From assembly GCA_964561085.1 (NCBI GenBank), contig CAZLNP010000002.1:75440-139439 (forward strand): a stretch of DNA of 64,000 nucleotides. The letters run 5' to 3'. Numbering within the stretch: position 1 is the first letter of the stretch; every line of letters begins with the position of its first letter. Source of the DNA: an uncultured Candidatus Saccharibacteria bacterium. Lineage in GTDB: Bacteria > Patescibacteriota > Doudnabacteria > UBA920. Positions 59,660-64,000 of this stretch are shown here, piece after piece. A program made the position numbers and the translations under genes. The notes beneath the pieces were generated by a model. That model saw only the letters and a program-made list of their open reading frames with translations, made no database searches and was not told the origin of the DNA.

Positions 59660-60187
59660 ATGTTTAAAAACAAGATATACATATTCATCATTGTCGGGAC
59701 AATAATCCTACTCGGATTGTTGGCTTTGCTGTATTTCTTGCCTGAAGATGAAACTAAAAATTCTTCCACAGAAGGTGGCTACCCAGTAGGTGTTTTAGAT
59801 ATCATCAAGAGCCCTGCAGAAAGAATAAATGATAATTTCAACCATTCAATTGTAGATGACAAGTACGTAATTTCTTACGGTGGCGATTTAGAGCAAGGAA
59901 CTTTTTTTATCACAGTAAACGCTGAGCCTGTAGTTGAAGTTTCAAAAATGGCTGAGAAAGTTTTCTTAGAAAAATTGGAAATTGATGAAACATACGCCTG
60001 CGAGTTATATGTAGTCTTAAATGTTCCATCGACTATAGATAGCGATTTGGCAGACTACGATTTTGGCTTGAGTTTCTGTCCTGGACGGATTCACATTGAA
60101 GACGTTCCTCGTAAAAGTATGGAACGAACTCGTTATTACGATGACTCTGACTCATCTTCAAGCACTAGCACTAATCAAATAAGATAA
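59660..60187 (+). CDS. Membrane-anchored hypothetical protein
   Basis: N-terminal TM, acidic domain, two Cys (YACEL, LSFCP). Confidence 0.7.
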   Translation: MFKNKIYIFIIVGTIILLGLLALLYFLPEDETKNSSTEGGYPVGVLDIIKSPAERINDNFNHSIVDDKYVISYGGDLEQGTFFITVNAEPVVEVSKMAEKVFLEKLEIDETYACELYVVLNVPSTIDSDLADYDFGLSFCPGRIHIEDVPRKSMERTRYYDDSDSSSSTSTNQIR

Positions 60188-60191
60188 ATAT

Positions 60192-60896
60192 ATGGATTCA
60201 GAAAATAATTCTAGAAACATTTGGCCTTGGATATTAACTATTTTAATTGCGGCATGGTTGATTGGAATGAGTATCATTACAGCAGGGTGGTTAATTTCTA
60301 AAGAGGTTGCGAAGAACTCAAGCGAAACAATTGTAAGTGAGGAAGTAGGAATTCAAAATTTTGATATAGAAATCCCTGCAGGTCTTCCTGTCTTGGGAGA
60401 TAATAACGCTAAAGTAACTATTGTTGAGTTTGCAGACTTTCAATGTCCATTCTGTGGCGATTGGCATAAGAATGTATTTCCTAAAATCAAAGAAAAATAC
60501 ATAGATACTGGCAAAGCCCGTTTTGTTTACATGGATTATGCCTTTTTGGGAGAAGAATCTTATCAGTCAGCGCAGGCATCAAAGTGTGCGCAAGATCAAA
60601 ACAAGTTTTGGGAATATCACGATAAACTGTACGAATCTCAAAACGGTGAAAATGAGGGAGCATTTAGCTCGGCAAACCTTAAAAAATTTGCACTCGACAT
60701 TGGCTTGAACACTTCAGATTTTAATTCTTGCATGGATAATAATAAGTACCTCGGTGAGGTGAGCTCAGATTTAGAAAAAGCTTCCAATTACGATGTGCAA
60801 TCTACTCCAACAGTCTTCATTAATGGTGATAAGTACGAAGGGGTAATGCCATTTGAGACTTACGAGCAAATAATTGAAGAAAAACTAGCTCAGTAA
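60192..60896 (+). CDS. DsbA-family thiol-disulfide oxidoreductase
   Basis: G...A.VTIVEFADFQCPFC, STPT cis-Pro loop, TM anchor. Confidence 0.92.
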   Translation: MDSENNSRNIWPWILTILIAAWLIGMSIITAGWLISKEVAKNSSETIVSEEVGIQNFDIEIPAGLPVLGDNNAKVTIVEFADFQCPFCGDWHKNVFPKIKEKYIDTGKARFVYMDYAFLGEESYQSAQASKCAQDQNKFWEYHDKLYESQNGENEGAFSSANLKKFALDIGLNTSDFNSCMDNNKYLGEVSSDLEKASNYDVQSTPTVFINGDKYEGVMPFETYEQIIEEKLAQ

Positions 60897-60908
60897 AAAA
60901 TAAAAGTA

Positions 60909-62069
60909 GTGCAAAAACTAAAACAAACATTATTTATATCCCTGCTTTGTGTACTTACAGTTATTCCTTATACTGTTCTAGCTCAAGGAACTGCCAACAC
61001 CAATGCTAATGCTAATACCAACAAGGCTACCTATGCTGGAATGGAAGTCCCCAAGTACGGAGGCGTTCAAGATAGCATAGCTCAATTCCTTTGTACTCCT
61101 AGCGAAGGAGCTGCTGATGGAAAAGACCTAGAAAGATGCATTAACAAGATGTACAGATTTGGTATTTCTTTTGGTGGAATAGCTTTGGTATTCTTCCTAG
61201 TATTTGCAGGCTATATGTACATCATGGGAGGGGAATCAGGCAAAACCAAAGCTAAAGGTATTGTGCAGAACGCTTTAGTTGGTATTGCCATACTTTTGGG
61301 TACTTACGTTTTGTTAGGATTCATCAATCCTAATCTTTTGATATTTAAATCTATCCAACCGCCGATCTTTAACGCAGGAAGTTTACCTAAATGCGACGCA
61401 GTTGGATTAGGACAGCAGTGTGTTTTGCCTGGTGGAGGTGTTGCTACTGGTGATGGTCAAGGTGGTGGTACTCCAGTTGGGTCTGTAAATGGGAAAGGTT
61501 TAGAGGGGAAAAAAGTTTTCATTTTTGGTGACTCTCTTACAAAAGGTTTTGCAGCTCAGCTTCAAACTCAAGTGAAGATGGCAAAGCTTGATGTATTGGG
61601 TAAAGGAGGTTCTACTATTGAAGATTGGTTAAATGGTGGAACTTCTTTGAATGGGTCTGTGCCTAAGATATCTGATCATCTTGCTTCGCTATCATCCAAG
61701 CCAGATGTTGTTATAGTTATGCTAGGAACAAACAATACACGAGGTGGAGTTAAGCCTGCCAGTGTTAAGTTGATGGATCAAAAATTAAGCGGGTATAGCG
61801 CTATCTGGATAGCACCTCCAAAATTTAGCCAGCCAAGTTGTTATGGAATTACCCATCAAAATAGTTCCGACGCAGATAATTCCATAGCCTCTGAGTTCAC
61901 TGGCAGCGGTCATTCTGTATTTAAATCGGCAGATAGCAACATTGATTTACAACTCGGTAAATTAAGCGATTGCTCCAAAGCACTAAAAGGAGCCTCTGGT
62001 AGTGGTTACGAGATCCATCCTGGGGTTCCCGGTCATACTAATTGGGCAAAATCATTCTTGGGGAATTAA
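60909..62069 (+). CDS. T4SS-pilin-like module fused to an SGNH/GDSL hydrolase
   Basis: Same module; FGDSL, GKGG, MLGTNN, EIHP. Confidence 0.78.
   Translation: MQKLKQTLFISLLCVLTVIPYTVLAQGTANTNANANTNKATYAGMEVPKYGGVQDSIAQFLCTPSEGAADGKDLERCINKMYRFGISFGGIALVFFLVFAGYMYIMGGESGKTKAKGIVQNALVGIAILLGTYVLLGFINPNLLIFKSIQPPIFNAGSLPKCDAVGLGQQCVLPGGGVATGDGQGGGTPVGSVNGKGLEGKKVFIFGDSLTKGFAAQLQTQVKMAKLDVLGKGGSTIEDWLNGGTSLNGSVPKISDHLASLSSKPDVVIVMLGTNNTRGGVKPASVKLMDQKLSGYSAIWIAPPKFSQPSCYGITHQNSSDADNSIASEFTGSGHSVFKSADSNIDLQLGKLSDCSKALKGASGSGYEIHPGVPGHTNWAKSFLGN
61044..61302 (+). repeat. 259-bp perfect direct repeat, copy 1
   Basis: Base-for-base identical to 62174-62432 (GAAGTCCCCAAG...CTTTTGGGTA). Confidence 0.95.
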
Positions 62070-62077
62070 AAATCAAT

Positions 62078-63637
62078 ATGAACAAAATAAAACAAATTCT
62101 AATTGCTATAACTTTAGGGCTGATATTTGCGAATCCCGTGATGGTAATCGCCCAAACTACAAGTAACGCCATCGAAGTCCCCAAGTACGGAGGCGTTCAA
62201 GATAGCATAGCTCAATTCCTTTGTACTCCTAGCGAAGGAGCTGCTGATGGAAAAGACCTAGAAAGATGCATTAACAAGATGTACAGATTTGGTATTTCTT
62301 TTGGTGGAATAGCTTTGGTATTCTTCCTAGTATTTGCAGGCTATATGTACATCATGGGAGGGGAATCAGGCAAAACCAAAGCTAAAGGTATTGTGCAGAA
62401 CGCTTTAGTTGGTATTGCCATACTTTTGGGTAGCTATGTAATTCTTTACTTCATTAACCCAAATTTAACAATTCTTAAGTCCATACAGCCACCAATTTTT
62501 GATGCCGCTAATTTACCAAGATGTGATGAGGTTGGTTTCGGAGAACAATGCGTAGTTCCTTCCGGAGGAGTTAGTAGTGGAGGCGGTGGTAAATGTGTAG
62601 TTCCAATTGCTGAATCATCTCTTAACGGAGCATTTAATAATACTATACACGGTCGCTCTGGACATGGACCAGTTCGTGATGCTCCAAATAGCCCTCCACC
62701 AGAAGGTATTGTTGATGTTGGTGGTAAGGGAGGCTCTCCTGTATTCTCTGCTATAACTGGAAAAGTTGTGCACGAAGGAGACTTAGGCAGAACTGGTAAA
62801 TATGTTTCAATTATTTCTGATCCTGCTGGTGATAGGTACGGTTGCGAGAAGTCTGATGCATGCGCTAATCAAGCCCATATTGACCCAAGCGTTAAAGTTG
62901 GAGACATGGTAACTGCTGGTCAACAGATTGGTGTTCTGACTAACTACTCTACTAATGGGGGAATGGGTCCACACTTGCACATGGAACTAAAACTTGGTGG
63001 GCAGTGGGTTTTAGGTGATGGTTTTAAGGCAACCTGGACTGCAATGAAAACAGCTTGCGCTAATTCCGGGGCGGGGAATGGCGGGGGCGGTGAAGCCCCT
63101 GCAGGAACAGTTGCTGTAAACGATGTTGTAGTGGATATGCAGTATGTTAAAGCTAGCCCCTCAAGTCATAATTTTATGAGCACAGCGTTGTACGTCGGCG
63201 AATTTAGTAAATATGGAAGCGTTTGTTATTTAGCCAGTGACACGGCTGCTAAAATTGCTAAAGCCGCTAAAGCGTTAGAATCTAAAAAGTGGAAAATTAA
63301 AGCATGGGATTGTTATCGACCAATCGAGATTCAAAAAAAGATGTATGATTGGGCTGCAAAAAATGGTAAATCAGGCCTAGTTGCCGTACCAGGGAACGGT
63401 AAGCACCCTAAAGGCATGGCCATTGATGCCACATTGGTTGATGAAAATGGAAAAGATGTTTTAATGCCAACTCACTTTGACTATTTTGTTAAAAATGGCA
63501 TGCAGCATCCCGGCTCTGCAGCATATAATGCAACGCCAAAAGAAGCACGAGATAATGCCGCTTTGTTAAATAAGATCATGACTGACGCTGGTCTTAAACG
63601 AGCTGGTAATGAGTGGTGGCATTTCGAAGAAAAATAA
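62078..63637 (+). CDS. T4SS-pilin-like module + M23-like peptidase + VanX/M15 D-Ala-D-Ala peptidase
   Basis: Module; AH...VKVGD.V..GQ.IG...GPHLH; WDCYRP, KHPKGMAID, MPTHFD, EWWHF. Start at ATG 62078. Confidence 0.82.
   Translation: MNKIKQILIAITLGLIFANPVMVIAQTTSNAIEVPKYGGVQDSIAQFLCTPSEGAADGKDLERCINKMYRFGISFGGIALVFFLVFAGYMYIMGGESGKTKAKGIVQNALVGIAILLGSYVILYFINPNLTILKSIQPPIFDAANLPRCDEVGFGEQCVVPSGGVSSGGGGKCVVPIAESSLNGAFNNTIHGRSGHGPVRDAPNSPPPEGIVDVGGKGGSPVFSAITGKVVHEGDLGRTGKYVSIISDPAGDRYGCEKSDACANQAHIDPSVKVGDMVTAGQQIGVLTNYSTNGGMGPHLHMELKLGGQWVLGDGFKATWTAMKTACANSGAGNGGGGEAPAGTVAVNDVVVDMQYVKASPSSHNFMSTALYVGEFSKYGSVCYLASDTAAKIAKAAKALESKKWKIKAWDCYRPIEIQKKMYDWAAKNGKSGLVAVPGNGKHPKGMAIDATLVDENGKDVLMPTHFDYFVKNGMQHPGSAAYNATPKEARDNAALLNKIMTDAGLKRAGNEWWHFEEK
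62174..62432 (+). repeat. 259-bp perfect direct repeat, copy 2
   Basis: Identical to 61044-61302; offset 1130 bp. Confidence 0.95.
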
Positions 63638-63659
63638 CCATTCATTTGCTTAGTTAAAT

Positions 63660-63935
63660 CTAAACTAGTTTATTAACTAAATTAACTTTCTCCTTGCGAG
63701 AAAGTTTTTTTATTTCTGCTTCACGAGTAGCAGCTTCTTTTTGATTTTTATGTTCTTCGAAGAAGACAATTTCTTTGGCTCCGTGCGCACGAGTATACTT
63801 AGAACCGGTACCTGACTTGTGAGCTTCTAGTCGGCTATTCAGATCTACAGTGATCCCTGTGTAGTAAGTATCATCTGCACATAGGAGGATGTATACATAC
63901 CAAGGCTTAGCATTGTTTGGGTTGTCTTTAAACAT
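63660..63935 (-). CDS. Stand-alone GIY-YIG nuclease (YhbQ/UPF0213)
   Basis: WYVYIL.CAD..YYTGIT..L..RL..H..G.G.KYTR, A..RE..IKKL.R..K. Confidence 0.92.
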   Translation of the reverse strand: MFKDNPNNAKPWYVYILLCADDTYYTGITVDLNSRLEAHKSGTGSKYTRAHGAKEIVFFEEHKNQKEAATREAEIKKLSRKEKVNLVNKLV

Positions 63936-64000
63936 ACATAGATTATAACATTCAACACAGGTCAATTTAGAGCTATATACCTTACCAACGACCGTCGCTA

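Noticed and set aside
1-64000. Genetic code 25 (UGA=Gly)
   Set aside because: TGA acts as a stop at natural gene ends (202, 18230, 54292, 58500) and long genes are uninterrupted.
63982-64000. 3' end of a minus-strand gene (...SDGRW*)
   Set aside because: Too short at the window edge to support a call.
1-64000. tRNA or rRNA genes
   Set aside because: No cloverleaf/T-loop signature or rRNA-like stretch recognised in the intergenic regions by eye.

Overview
64 kb of a bacterial chromosome using genetic code 11, most likely Patescibacteria/CPR. This is inferred from the compact 593-aa AlaRS, the stand-alone baseplate-J-like gene, T4SS-pilin-like membrane proteins, the VLGA/LPXTG surface protein and apparently leaderless genes. 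Contents in order: the 3' end of a PemK/MazF gene; tspO, rhodanese and a PIF1-like helicase; an ~11 kb defence island (Fic, type I RM hsdMSR with DUF2130, a Cys protein and a Shedu-like nuclease inserted, then GIY-YIG/DUF4357); stress genes (SOUL, msrA, msrB, alkD); envelope and housekeeping genes; the infA-rpmJ-rpsMKD-rpoA-rplQ-rplM-rpsI operon; a 1505-aa LPXTG adhesin with a Ser-substituted sortase; a second PemK/MazF; HU; two signalling clusters; def/fmt; gltX; and a cell-wall hydrolase operon. Three candidates for undescribed systems stand out. (1) Two PemK/MazF genes are each faced at the 3' end by a convergent sigma70 promoter reading a small hairpin RNA, which at one locus is a two-unit covarying repeat; this suggests an RNA-antitoxin TA arrangement. 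(2) Three paralogous pilin-like carriers, two sharing a 259-bp identical cassette, each carry a different cell-wall enzyme (lysozyme-like, SGNH, M23+VanX) and sit in an operon with DsbA. (3) An EamA + DUF2156 + stand-alone membrane sensor + small adaptor + GAF kinase + receiver cluster resembles a signal make/export/sense circuit. All family calls are by-eye motif recognition; no searches were run.
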